Assembly (NCBI GenBank): GCA_963753975.1
Contig: CAVWEH010000004.1
Span: forward strand, 128,001 to 192,000
Source of the DNA: an uncultured delta proteobacterium
GTDB lineage: Bacteria > Desulfobacterota > Syntrophia > Syntrophales > Smithellaceae
Reading direction: 5' to 3'
Length of the DNA stretch: 64,000 nucleotides
Below the pieces are notes generated by a model. The model saw nothing but the letters and a program-made list of their open reading frames with translations, ran no database searches and was not told the DNA's origin. Shown in pieces: positions 63,512 through 64,000 of the stretch. How positions within the stretch are numbered: the first letter of the stretch is position 1; the number at the start of each line of letters is the position of its first letter. The position numbers and the translations under genes are program-made.

Positions 63512-63910
63512 ATGTTGACACCGGATTTTAGCAAATATTCTCTGGCGTTGGTTCAGGGCGATAAAATCATCTTCTCTTCTCAAGCAAATGGATTGAAACC
63601 TCTTTGGGATTGCCTCGAAAATTACCGTCAGACAAAAAATAGTTTTATTTTGTTCGATAAAGTAATCGGACTTGCCGCGGCCAGGCTCGTTGTTTATTCG
63701 GGAATTATATCCCAGATACAAACGCTTTTAGTTTCACAACCGGCAAAGAAATATCTGGAAGACAGCAGCATCCCGATAAAAGCTAAAAATACTGTTGCCA
63801 ATATTTTGACAAAAGACAGGCGTTCAATATGCCCCGGTGAAATTATTGCTTTAAATACTGGCTCGTCTGATGATTTTCGCGCCAAAATAATGGCCATGCT
63901 TAACAATTAA
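63512..63910 (+). CDS. DUF1893 family protein
   Basis: GLKPL, DKVIG.AAA, S.PA...L, CP.E. Confidence 0.75.
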   Translation: MLTPDFSKYSLALVQGDKIIFSSQANGLKPLWDCLENYRQTKNSFILFDKVIGLAAARLVVYSGIISQIQTLLVSQPAKKYLEDSSIPIKAKNTVANILTKDRRSICPGEIIALNTGSSDDFRAKIMAMLNN

Positions 63911-64000
63911 ACATTGAAACGGAAATTTATTATATCGCCGTCCTGGACAATATAATCTTTCCCTTCCAAACGCAGGCGACCGGCTGATTTTACCTCTCCG
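63907..64000 (-). CDS. ychF: redox-regulated ATPase YchF, C-terminal end (rest outside window)
   Basis: Manual translation [30 protein letters not shown]. Confidence 0.9.
   Translation of the reverse strand, partial: GEVKSAGRLRLEGKDYIVQDGDIINFRFNV

Overview
A 64-kb stretch of bacterial chromosome (mid-40s % GC by eye). Its gene content fits an anaerobic Desulfobacterota/Syntrophales-like organism (inference). Most of it is housekeeping and metabolism: leuB, split cobalamin methionine synthase, pyrE, pgpA-cinA-thpR-recA-recX-alaS, mdh, glmM, thiolase, tatA, a liv-type ABC transporter plus phenylacetate-CoA ligase, rmuC, purL/purQ, tRNA-Thr(CGT) and ychF, along with several PAS/GGDEF/histidine-kinase signalling genes. 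Main finding: an integron-type gene-cassette array lies between a LexA/UmuD-like autopeptidase regulator and a Y-family (DinB/UmuC-like) polymerase. It has an attI-like site, three very short 54-55 bp attC sites, four cassettes and only an eroded, co-oriented tyrosine-recombinase remnant. Upstream is an apparently leaderless sigma70 promoter with a GAAC-N4-GTTC palindrome in its spacer. Second finding: an unannotated Tyr/Phe-rich leader-peptide attenuator with full 1:2/2:3/3:4 architecture in front of the liv-paaK operon. Also present are two families of structured intergenic repeats, a 268-nt tract with no C and no GG inside a split alkD-like gene, and at least seven single-base frameshifts in conserved genes that probably reflect long-read consensus errors.
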